Assembly: GCA_021613535.1 (NCBI GenBank)
Contig: CP075494.1
Span: 8,866,001 to 8,930,000, forward strand
Source of the DNA: Adineta vaga
Taxonomy: Eukaryota > Animalia > Rotifera
Length of the DNA stretch: 64,000 nucleotides
Reading direction: 5' to 3'
The notes under the pieces are model-generated. The model was not told where the DNA came from, made no database searches, and was given only the letters and a program-made list of their open reading frames with translations. Below, piece by piece: positions 52,691 through 64,000 of the stretch (positions are counted from its first letter, which is position 1; every line of letters starts with the position of its first letter). A program made the position numbers and the translations under genes.

Positions 52691-53101
52691 GTTTTTCTAC
52701 ACAAGAATATGCTGTGATATACAAGATATACAATCTGAATCTATACGAGAGAGAAGAAATAGTTGACTGGTATAGCATATACTTTCTCTCTGGATAATAT
52801 TGATGTCAGCATTGGGACGATAAGCTTCAAGGTCGTTTACTGTAAATCATCTATTAAGTAGATGTATGCGACAGCAATCATTCGCTAGGAAGAGAAGTAT
52901 ATTTAGTAGATGACAGTTGTGGTCTAGAAAATCTGATGATAGATAACAGATTTGTTTCTCTATATGAAAATACAGTAAGATAAACAATAAAGTATCTATG
53001 CTATCATTTGTATTCTTCTTTTTCAAACCATGTTCATAACGCAAAAAAAAACGAGAAGAACATGAAAAAGAAAAGAAAACCAAAACAAACATGATTGTTC
53101 A

Positions 53102-54516
53102 TTATGTTGTTTTAGGTGGCAGACGACCCTAGAATTACATATAGATCGATATGATTCAATACTTATAGATATAATATTCTAAAATGAAGAAAATACTTAC
53201 GGGTACAGGCGGAGGTGTACCTAATAAACAACAAGTACCACGACCAGCACCACCAAGAAGCTGTAATGTTCGAATCTTCATCAAATTTTTTCTGAAATCG
53301 TACATAAAAATATTCAAGATAATGATTAGAAAAGTAAATAGAAAGAAGGGATGCATTTCATCGTCAACATCTGATTGAATATTGAGTGACATCTCAGTAC
53401 TTCGATTTTAAATTATAATTCATGAAATAATTCCTATCTTTCTGAAATACGGTATACTTTCAGGTTTTAAAACTTACGTAATATCATCTGTTTCAACTGG
53501 ATGAATTTGACCATCATTATCATATTCTTCAAAAACATCTATAACAAAATTCAGATAATTAACATTATATCAGTTTTCGTTTTCAACATAGTTGCTTAAA
53601 AACATACGTGCTTGTTTGATAATCTTTGCAGATGTATAATTATTTGTCTCGACTGCTTGTTGAGCATTTTTGCTAAGCTTATCATTGTGTAAGCTATATT
53701 CAATTTCTTCCTGTTTTCTGTCTCTTGAAAAATGTTCAAGAACCGGTGGTGACAATGCTCTAAATAAAATATACACAATAGAAACGGTGAAAAATCAAAT
53801 AAATAATTGATACGAACTGAACTGATGGTGATACCATCGATTGTTCACTAAAAACAAACATATTTAGTTTATAGTCAAATGCAGTCTTTGTGTGAAATTA
53901 CTTCATTGTGGCACTCTTTGCTCGACGTTCACGAATATCATCTAAATAGATATATACATTAGAGTTTTTTATAAAAATAGATTTTAGATCCTTATACAAT
54001 ACTTACCATCCCAATCTTCAGTTGCATTAACATCACAAAACATTTGCCAATTAGTTGGTGCAGAAGACCGATGACAATCATCAGACCATGGTCGACCTGG
54101 AGCTAAAATAGATGATAACTTATGTAATTGACACAAACGAAATTCTATGTTAAGACACTTACGAATATCAGAAAGTCCAATCAACACAGTACTTGTATTG
54201 ATTGCATCAGGACATGTTGACATATGATCAAGCAAATCATGTGGCGTTGTCAAATGATTAGCATTAAAAACACACCGGACTCGATGAATATGAGGATTTG
54301 CCTATAAATAAGCGGAATTTTTTACATTATATATGGTGAAATACACCTTTTAAACTTACAATCATACAACGTCGAATATGATATTGAAATCTCTTAGCAA
54401 GAACTTGATGATTAAGATCAATTGGACAACGCCAAAAATCTATTGTTCAAAAATGAAATTATCACAAATTTAATTAAATATCTCTTACCATCTGGACATA
54501 GATAGAGATTGGACAT
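53102..54516 (-). CDS. GTSF1: GTSF1/Asterix-like protein with two CHHC (U11-48K-type) zinc fingers, multi-exon
   Basis: CPIDLNHQVLAKRFQYHIRRC and CVFNANHLTTPHDLLDHMSTCPD are followed by an acidic Trp-rich segment (PWSDD, NW, EDWDDD). The 3' end is approximate. Confidence 0.72.
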
Positions 54517-56254
54517 TGTTCAATTATTATATTAGCTTTTGTTTTTTATATCTAGAATCAACAAATATATGTAATAAATAACATAGAAAAGAAGAAAGCG
54601 AAACTTATTGTTCATATATTACGTCGAGAGTTCGAATATTAAATAATAGCAGCCTACCGTTTACACAAATGTACTATAGTATAGAAACTCTATCTATATG
54701 AACTAACAACTTGAAAAGCTCTAAATATATTGACTCAAGTTAAATCTAAATCTAAAAAAAGTTTCTATAACTCAATTTCAGTGCATAAAGTATATTCAGA
54801 TAAAAGCATTCTATAAAGAATTGAGCCGATCATATTTTCATACTATAACTGCACCGAACTACTATTCTTGGTTATATATACACATAGATAATACAAACTT
54901 CAACGAATTTTCTATAATATTTCAACATTAAATAACATGAACAGTTAATTCTACATCGTAGATCGAAGAATTGGATGCGAAAACAGTTGGTTCCAAGATA
55001 TTTCTGATGAGATTTTCCTAACACTATAATATTCTGAATTAAAAGATTTTGTAACTATTTTTTTTGTCGAAAACAACTTTTTTTCTGAGACTTCCAGACG
55101 GAGTTATAACCGTTATCAAAAATTGAAACTATCATACTCAAATGCACTAAAATATAAACTTTATACGTATATTTTAATCATGAGCAAATCTTGTAAAGAT
55201 TCGTGCTATAAATTATTTTCGTTTATATGTAAGAGCTATGAAGAAGTTTATCATATTGTAATTGTGTTTCTCCAAGTAATATACTTTGTGGATTCTTTAC
55301 TGTTCATCTTTCAGAACTTGATACGGGCTAAAATAGTCTTTTTCTAACGTACATGTCCAATATCTTTTGATTCTGTATGTATAATAAAGCAGTTTATGGT
55401 ATTAGCTCACTATGTTTTATTTCATAATAGTGTTGCTTACATGCGACATTATCCTATTATAGATTAATTACACTGGCATAGCAACAGAAAGTTTCATTTT
55501 TTATTCATGTTGCAGAAAACTGGTTACAATCTTATCTCTTTCAGATAAAAATAAATCAATTATTTTTGTACAGATATCTGACTATAGAATAAAACACAAG
55601 TTCACTAATGATAATGACAAAATTGTGAAGACAAAAAGGTGAACACATTTTTTGTCGATATCTGAAGTGTTCATACTTTGTTTATTTTATGATAATAAAT
55701 CATGTTCAGCTGCATCTGTATAATCAACTTTTCCCATTTGATGCTTAACTAGAATTTTGGTTTACAATACAATAGTGCAAGTTATATATGGTGAAAATAG
55801 TATAATATTAATATAAACTACTGTAGAACAGTTTTCTCAATTTTACTTTGCGTACAAAGATTAATTTTGATGAACATGGTCCATTATAAAACACTTCAGA
55901 ATATAAAGTCATATAGATAGAAAATAAAAAAGGAGGTATTTATTAGGATTTCATATGCAAAGAATATGCCTTTACAACATGATAATATTAAAAAAACTTC
56001 GAGAGAATACTTCAGTATAATATGTATTCGCCTAGTCACATACGAAGAAAATAAACGAGTGAAAGAAGACGTAGTCAGAACATCGAAAAGAAAAAAATTA
56101 ACGTCTTACAAGTGTTTTCGTGTATCTACCACATCCTATCGGTCGACGATAGAGAGACAGAGAGAGAATATATATGTTGTTATCAAAAAGAAAAGGTTAA
56201 GCATTATTTATTCATATCAGTATATTTTAAAGAAGAACAGAAGTACAATTGTTA

Positions 56255-57340
56255 ATGATGATTACAGTTCGACATAATCCAACAGTAGAAGACAATGGAT
56301 GCGTCCTAGCAGATGAACAGACTGATGAATACAATTTAACTTATCATATTATATCCGTTTTTGTTTTATTGATTGTATCTTTTCTTGGTGCTTCTATATC
56401 TGTGCTTTCTACACGAGTAAAACGTTTACATATTAATCCAATTATTATCAATACTGGAAAATTTTTTGGTAGTGGGTATGTTTCATAGCTATAGTATTTT
56501 TATTTTCTACTCGATATTTCTAGAATCGTATTAGCAACAGGTTTTATTCATATGTTACCAAGTGGAATGAAATTTTTAAATGATCCTTGTTTACCCGATT
56601 CATGGAATGTATATAGTGCTTATGGTGGTCTCTTTGCTATGTTAGCTGCATTAATTATGCAATTTATTGAGTTCATTGCTCATCAACGATATCAATCATT
56701 GAAATCTTCGAAAGCTCATCCCGTCACTGTAGAATCTGAAAGACAAGATAAAAAAGAAGTTCAAATTTCAGTCGTCGATATTGTAGCATCACCCGTGGAA
56801 ATATGTGATGCAAATCATCATTATCATGGTGCTGCTTTTCAAGATGATGTACAAAAACATAAAATAAGTACATATTTACTTGAATTTGGTATAGCTCTTC
56901 ATTCTGTTCTGATTGGTTTGGCATTGGGTACGACAACAGATTCGTTTATTGCTCTATTTGTTGCACTTAGTTTTCATCAATTTTTTGAAGCAATTGCACT
57001 TGGTGCACAAATAGCTCGTTTAGAGCATATATCTTTGAAATCCACTGGTTTGATGGTAATCATTTTTGCTTTGACAACACCAGTTGGAATTGCGATAGGT
57101 ATTGGTATTCATACAAAAACATATAATCCAAAATCAATTGCTTCATTACTTGTCAATGGTATTCTAGACTCTGTTTCAGCAGGTATACTTATTTATATAG
57201 CTTTGGTGAATTTAATCACAGCAGAAATGGGTGTCGGTGCTCATGCATTTCATCAATTGAAAAAACGATTAAAATTCTTATATTTTATCGCATTATATGC
57301 AGGTGTTGCAGCCATGTCTGTTGTTGGACGTTGGGCATAA
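56255..57340 (+). CDS. ZIP zinc/iron transporter of ZRT/IRT (fungal/plant) type, 2 exons (intron 56476-56523)
   Basis: GKFFGSGIVLATGFIHMLP, LNDPCLP, a His-rich loop, LEFGIALHSVLIG, FHQFFEAIALG, DSVSAGILIYIALVNL and C-terminal MSVVGRWA. Confidence 0.93.
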
Positions 57341-58953
57341 CAGAACAACTGAAAAATGTTGTCGTATTTCTTTGATAAAGTTTTTAAAATTTAAAATAAA
57401 ATATTTGTAATATTAAATTTCTACGTACCGTTTAAGATCATTTGCAAAACTACATACGAATAAGTGACTCAATGAATATACTACGGAAAGCATCCCTTTA
57501 TATATCATAAAGTGTTTGTTTCTTCGCATACAGGGGAGCTGTGATGCACCCCTGTTCTGTCGCTTTCGAAACATGATAAGTATGACAATTGAAATTTTAG
57601 AACAAGAAAAAGATTGCTAACAAACAGAAAGGACAACAATTTCTTTTAAAATTGTATTACTACCTTAGTATACGATCAGCATCAACTATTCCATTCTTTT
57701 TTGTTCGTAACAGACGTTATCGTTCCGTAAAATGTACATCTTCATTAAATTTCACAATCATGCATGTGTTAACTCTTTATTCTTCTACTTGTACACACTA
57801 CAGAGAATTAATGTATTAGTATGAAGCAAACTATAGTGTCTCATTTTACTTTGATAGAAATCATGCGCATGCACAGTCATAATCATAAAATTAGTAAACA
57901 AAAGATGCATAATGAAGGAAGTATTCATATGTACAATCATCAAATGAGAAAGCTATTGGGTATTTAGTACGGATGACGTAATTCTATTTCCTTGATTTTG
58001 AAAAGATAAATGTACAGGTAAAATACATTTATTAAATATACTACGTATAATATGAGAAATACTTTCGCAATGTCATGAGTAATGCGTACATATTATAAAG
58101 AACTATATTTATAAAACGAGAAAATTTCCAACTTGGAAAGAACTATATGTACTTTCCCTCATGAAACATTATTGCTCTATCATCAACAGCTTTTTTTGTT
58201 CAAATTGGACGTAATAAAATATTCGATGTGTAGTATTTCCTCAATGTTATATTGAAAAATATATGCAAACTACCTATAAAATTGATACTAGTTTGAGAAA
58301 TTTCTTGCTGGTTAAGTTTTCACTAATTTTAGAAGTTTGTACATGCGTAGACACATATTACTCTTTGATAGAAATAAAATCAGCTTAAATTTCAATAAAA
58401 ATCGAAATTGCTACAACTGTTAGAGTCAAATAGGTCTATATGTTTTTTAGTGTAGCGACTTTTAACACATGTAAGAAAAGGAAAAAAACGATGCATTAAA
58501 TTAGATATTATCTTGTACTTGTAGTTTATGGACAAAAATTATATATATATAGCTTTGTAGAGCATGTTTTTCATGAGTTACCTGATGCACTGAGAATAAA
58601 CACGTTTGTAAAAAAAGATATGTTTCTAGAATAGAAAGTAAGGTTTTGATATTCGAAAACCTAGTATTATGACATTCAAGTTTCAATTGCTCATCTAGAA
58701 TTTCGAAAAGTCATTCGTTAGAATCATAACAAACTGGAAAAATCCTAATCTACCTTGTCAATCACACATGACTATAATATCTTTCTACATTCGGCAATAA
58801 ACAAATGAAAATGGTTACTCAACTATGACTCTCTCTCTCTTCTTTACATATACTTATATACATAAATATGAGTGTCAGAAATCATTTGTATCCGGGTTTA
58901 ATTTTCGTGCTTCAATTCTATATGCTGTACGATTGTCAGTATCTTTTTAGACA

Positions 58954-59933
58954 ATGATTTGCTTATATCGCATTCTAATTTTGTTCGGTTGTTTATTGAT
59001 CGCCTTCGGTAGCGACAGAATCAAACGGCAGGGTGGCGGCGGCGGCGGCGGCGGCGGTGGTGGTGGTGGTGGTGGTGGCGGCGGCGGCGGTGGTGGTGGT
59101 GGTGGTGGCGGTGGTGGTGGTGGTGGTGGTGGTGGTGGAATTGGTTCTGGTAGTGGCAGCGGTGGAGGTAATACAAAATATTTTTTGATTGAAAAAAATC
59201 TTATTTATACTTTTATCACACATAAATGAAAATGTTATCGAAGATCGAAAAAATTCTTTCAAGTTCAGTTTAGTTTCATAAACGAAAATAATTATAGACA
59301 CGAGTAACGACTTTATATTCTATGTTTCTGAATTTTAATTATTATTAGAATCATTTAACTGTATGAAAGAAGATAAAGTTTTTCTATTTAGATATCAGTA
59401 CATCCAAAAATAAAATTATTGTGGGTAGTGTATTAGGTGGTTCAATCGTGCTTGTATTCTGTATTACTTGTTTAATGTCGTGTCTGTGCACCAATCGATG
59501 TTCATTATGCAAAGGTCGTCCATTTCGTTCCAATCGTAGTTATGTTCGAGGTGGAGTTTCCACACCATATGATATGAGCAGAGCAATCTTCAAATCAGGA
59601 ACATATTCATCTTCCTATTACCAGTATGATAGTCTTAAAGGACCACATCTAATGAAACTTGCATTTTATCCTCAAGCTAATTTTCGTGTACATGGTGGAG
59701 GAATAGATGTAGTTGGCACTTACATTATCGATGGTATTTATTCGCCAGCAACACTTCGAATGGGTTTAGACAAAGTTTACCAATTAGGAACAGGTGATCC
59801 AAAGGAAAACTTCGGGCATACAGTTAAAATTCTGGTTGAATGGAAGCATGACAGTCAACAATTTCAAGGCAAATATTATCTTCGACAGAGAGTTCCCGAT
59901 GAAAATCAATTCTTTATTCAACATCACGATTGA
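58954..59933 (+). CDS. Type I membrane protein with a poly-glycine ectodomain and an uncharacterised C-terminal domain, 2 exons
   Basis: Signal peptide, RIKR, Q-(G)36-IGSGSGSGG, an intron (gtaata...tttag ending ~59391), TM IIVGSVLGGSIVLVFCITCLM, a Cys-rich juxtamembrane segment and a ~110 aa beta-rich domain (YYQY...GTGDPKENFGH...FQGKYY). Confidence 0.75.
59032..59139 (+). repeat. Coding (GGC/GGT)n trinucleotide repeat, 36 Gly codons
   Basis: 108 bp of alternating ggc and ggt blocks ending in gga; the most GC-rich stretch in the window. Confidence 0.95.
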
Positions 59934-60118
59934 AAATATTAACAATAATATGTATCAGAACTACTGTATATTATGATATAAATGTGTTATTTCACTCTAA
60001 AAACTCTTATTTTTTTGTGCTTTGAATATATTTTAATGTAATCATTTCTGTATTTTATTTTTCGAACAATCTTTTACATTCAGCATGACCAATAAAAAAT
60101 AACATTTCTTGTACAAAG

Positions 60119-61029
60119 TAAGGTGCCGGCAAAGCGAAATTCGAATCAAATTTTTCTTTTTGCACTATTTTTACATAAACTGATACAATTTTATGTGTTG
60201 ATCACGATTATCTGCTTTTTAACCTTAGCAAAATCTTATTTCCGATCTAAAAACTCGAAATATTTCATAGATGTCAGTTTTTGAGAAAAGTCTATCTTTT
60301 CACGAAATATGTAAACAAATTTCATTTTCTCCAATGTTTTCAGATCGGCTCTAGCCTCAAAATTGTGTTTGTGGGGAGCTTGTTTTTATAAACTTATCAA
60401 GTTTTTTCACGTAAGCGATAAAGATGAATATTTTATCTCATTCGTCTTATCATATCATGCCTCAAAAAGTGATGTATCCTTTTTTTTTCTCATTCCTCTC
60501 TCATGTCGAGAAAAAGCGTGTTTACGAGAATGATGAAGAAACAGGCAGATCATTTCTGCATAAAATCGTCATTTTTCATTCATATCGACTGAATATTTGT
60601 TTTAACAGGTAAAAACTGGTGCTGAATCTAAGGAACACGTTTTCAGGATCTTCAAGGATCTCACGAGAGTCTTTGGAAAACCATGAAGGGAATAGGATAC
60701 TTAAGGCAGAATTTGGTATATTTCGTGTCTTTGTTTAAGATAATATAGTTTAGAACTATAGCAAGTCAGTCCGCGATGCCTGAAAGAAGGGCAAGACAAA
60801 ATCAATTGCAGAAAGCAATAGCTTGTCGTTGGTCAAATGTAAATACTTCGAAATGAAATGAGAAGATATCGATGATTGAGAGTGAGTGAGAGTATGGGGA
60901 TTTTAGGATAAGACCAATATCCACACCCTCAAGCAGATACTCGTGAGCAGCACATAAAACTGTATCAGTTTATGTAAAAAAAGGGCAGAAAGAAAAACTT
61001 GTCTCGAATTTCACTTTGCCTGCACCTTA
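60119..61029. mobile_element. Non-autonomous DNA transposon/MITE (~0.9 kb) with ~99-bp TIRs
   Basis: 60119-60217 matches the reverse complement of 60931-61029 at 87/99 positions (taaggtgc.ggcaaag.gaaattcga...tacataaactgataca.ttttatgtg...tatctgctt). No coding capacity inside. Confidence 0.85.
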
Positions 61030-61901
61030 TATCACTCAGTTTCTTCATTTTAATCCCTTTGTTTCATTTTTATTGCAAGTAAAAGAATCAATCCATAAAT
61101 AGGAATTGAGATTATGTTTTAATATTGTGAATACCCTTCTGATAGATAATCAATGGAGAATTCTTTCTAAAATTTATAATTATTTGTGATTGATATACAA
61201 CATACTTTTTCTGTCAATAAAATGTCTTATATGGTCAATGTACGGCACTGTTTATAATATATGACATATCTCTCTGCCAAATCTATATAGCTAATTAGCT
61301 ATCATTTATCATGTCTACTCACATTTTCTTCTCGCTATTTTGCTCTCTGTTTATAGAAAAAGAGGTAATTTTCTTTGCGTAAAGTCAGCTGTAACACGAC
61401 TGTGAATCATCCATTTATCACATATGGAATACTGAATTTTTTCGAATAAGTTAACACTTAAGTTAAGAATTGTTTAGTTATTAAAAATATTTCAATACAT
61501 TTCTTCTGATTTGCTGCTGTTTCTACTTCGCTTTTTTCCTTGTGAAACAGATGTTTCCTTCACATATGCTACATTTTTTCTAGACAATTAAACTTCAATT
61601 CTTTTCTCATCTAATTTTCCGAGAAAGAGAATACTTTTTTTTAAGTTCTCAAAACATTTCGAGTTCGTAACACTTCTTTCAGATAGTATTCATTTTGGCA
61701 TACGACTGAACATTCGAGAGAAACATATGACACAGTATACATGCATATGGATGTCACAGCTTTTTCGAATATAAACCATTGAATGGAACGAATTATGACA
61801 TATTCGAAGGTACGTAATCACACATGGGAAGAATGAAATAACAGTCGATTGTTTTCTTCCTTCTTCCAATCATTCGATCATTTCCTTCCAGGTCACTACT
61901 C

Positions 61902-63072
61902 ATGGAATCATCATGTTCTGAAATCTCTGTCTCATCTATAATTTCAACACCTTTACCAAATACAAGGCCGATTCGATATATTAAAAATGATCAAAATAAT
62001 CATCGAGAAAAATATAATGGTTGGCATTGGAAACTTGTTTGTACTTGGAATCAATCTATTTGTCAGAATTTTGCTGTTAAGAATAAACTCTGTCAGAGAA
62101 ATAATCAATTGATACAAACTCAAATACAAAAGTCCAAACTTTTGGCATTATCTTTCACATCGTTGATTAGTAAATTTCTGCGTTCAATATTCTACTTTGA
62201 ATATGTATCTTATTTCATTTAGCTTCTACACAAATAAAGAAAAAAGCCGAATCAGTTATTATGCCAACTCAAGTAAACAATGATCATATATACTTTTCTT
62301 CCATACATTCTGTTTGATTAGGATCAAAGAACATTTGCCGATATCAATGACCAGAATAAATCACATAATTCTCACTTTAAACAATTTTTAATTGTTTCTG
62401 ATGATGACGATGATGATGATGATAATAACAATGATACGATGCTTTCCGACGAAATTTTACCAGAAATTCAAGTAAGTTTTCCATACATGATTAAACACAC
62501 AATTCCATTTCTTAATAACTCATATTCAATAATATTTCCGATCGATTTCTCTGACCATCTAACTCGTTAATCCTTCCTTTTTAGATGCCAATCCCCGATC
62601 GTGTCACACGATCCTCCCAGACTGATTCTCTTTCGTTCGAAGGTTGCATCAGTGAATTAAATATTAAAGAGCTAATATCTAAAAATATTCCACCCTTAAC
62701 AGACTTCGAAGAAATTTATATCGCTACTCTTCTCATGGAAAAATTTCCGCCTTCCTGTTCAATACAAGATGCACAGATCTATCTTCATCAGAAAGTCATC
62801 GAAATTATCAACAGAAACTATGGTATTCAGGTATGATTGCCAAGAACAATAAACAATAAATATGTTATTCCTTTTAGATGCAAACAATTGCACCTCATTA
62901 CATCTACGATTTTCTCATTCGTCATCCTCTCATCGCTATTCGCTACAAACGATGGTTCTCGTCATGTGAATCTGCCCTATCTCTAAGTGGTTCTTCGATC
63001 GACACCAAAAAATGGGTATTATCCGCCATGATCAAAGGCGCTCTGATCTCCGACAGCATCGGAAGACCATAA
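61902..63072 (+). CDS. Unknown multi-exon protein: Cys/Trp motif, acidic tract, possible CENP-B/pogo-like HTH
   Basis: ORF pieces are separated by short GT-AG introns. Motifs are REKYNGWHWKLVC...C...LC, a DDDDDDD tract and PLTDFEEIYIATLL...KVIEII...YIYDFLIRHP. Exon junctions are only partly verified. Confidence 0.55.
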
Positions 63073-63292
63073 TGGCTAATTCTTTATCAGTTTTATTCAA
63101 CTTTATATCTACATATATATTTATGCCTTTCTCTTTAATAAACTTTTCCAACAATACGCTTCCTATCCGAACCCGTTAGATCATAGACATATCGGCAAAG
63201 ACAGAACATCTCATTTCAAAACAATTTATTTAACGAACCGAGACATTCGACACACAAAACTATAAATATGCTAGATAATTTACATAGAGCAA

Positions 63293-64000
63293 TTAATAGA
63301 ATGAAGGAAACGAAGAATACGAATATGCAGTTGGATAGTTTGGGTACGCTGATGCTGCAGGAGTTGAATAATATTGATCCATCATTGGATAGTATGAAGG
63401 ATGAGTTGGTACATATGTCATTGGAGATGTTGATGACCAATAATCTATAATGGAAAAAAACTTTCCTTTTCAGAACACACGAAAGTTACTCAGATGCATA
63501 CGTGTTGCTGGACTGGAAGTTATTCTTGGATCAAACGAATTATCATTCGTAACATATGGTTTCATTTCTGTTATAGGTGATGATTGATATGTTGGAATTA
63601 CGTTTTCTTCATTCTCTGTAAATCTTTCGGTTTTTTGTTTTCTTGCACGACGATTACTAAACCAAACTTGTAAACGGCTTTGTTCAATACTTAAATGTTC
63701 CGCAAGATTTTCTCGCGTTGTTACATCAGGATAAGGTGTATGAGAAAAGAATTCTTCAAGCATTTCTAATTGTTCAGCGGTGAATGATGAACGAAAACGA
63801 CGTGCACTTATATTTTGACGTAATGGCAATGTATCATTTAATGAATTATCTAAATTGTAAAAGGGATTCATTTGATGAATAGTTCGAAAACCTTCTCATG
63901 TCTTACTTTTGCTTTCGTCGGATTCTTCGTTGATTGAACTGCCATCATTGTTACTTTCAAGTTGTTGACTATTCATTTTAGTTTTACGACGATTGCTGAC
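63293..64000 (-). CDS. Paired-class S50 homeobox gene, Pax3/7-like, 5'-partial
   Basis: Homeodomain RRFRSSFTAEQLEMLEEFFSHTPYPDVTTRENLAEHLSIEQSRLQVWFSNRRAR (Ser50). A Pro/Ser/Tyr-rich last exon ends at stop 63293-63295. The upstream exon runs off the window. Confidence 0.85.

Noticed and set aside
57531-57554. GC hairpin cagggg...cccctg containing TGCACCC, as a Helitron end or metal response element
   Set aside because: The stem is short, no CTRR terminus follows, and a single 7-mer downstream of the ZIP gene is expected by chance.
58993-59301. Poly-Thr/Ala minus-strand ORF
   Set aside because: It is the antisense reading of the poly-Gly codon repeat.
63216-63450. Overlapping 74-aa and 60-aa ORFs
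   Set aside because: They are alternative frames or antisense of the last homeobox exon.
1-64000. CRISPR arrays, rRNA, tRNA, SL RNA genes or bacterial contamination
   Set aside because: None was recognised by eye (tRNAscan-SE or Infernal would be decisive). The foreign-type genes match host base composition, two have spliceosomal introns, and all sit among metazoan genes.

Overview
AT-rich (roughly 30% GC by eye) eukaryotic DNA with compact genes and many 50-70 bp GT-AG introns. The ORF track therefore fragments most genes and misses several. Intron size, base composition, expanded intronless GPCRs and several non-metazoan-type genes point to a bdelloid rotifer (inference). Spliced by hand, the window holds about 24 protein-coding genes: a GT31 galactosyltransferase (partial), a 6-exon Bax-like gene absent from the ORF track, a PH-less PDK1-like kinase, galactokinase, a claudin-like protein, a macrodomain-zinc finger-OTU fusion, a ~13 kb Fat-like cadherin with an apparent 1-bp frameshift, five class A GPCRs, a MAM/mucin protein, a small C2HC zinc-finger gene, BCAS2, a MerT-like+HMA metal transporter, a KHA1/CHX-type antiporter, NPDC1, a double three-finger secreted protein, a GTSF1-like protein, a ZRT/IRT-type ZIP transporter, a poly-Gly membrane protein, an unknown HTH-like gene and a Pax3/7-like homeobox gene (partial). 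There are two TIR-bounded non-autonomous elements; the first contains a Penelope-like remnant with a minimal hammerhead ribozyme. Most interesting are (1) three probably horizontally acquired metal/cation transporters within 14 kb, including a MerT-MerP-like fusion starting 150 bp after the BCAS2 stop in an operon-like arrangement, (2) the macro-ZnF-OTU fusion, and (3) the ribozyme-carrying composite element. All homology calls come from recognised motifs; no database searches were run.
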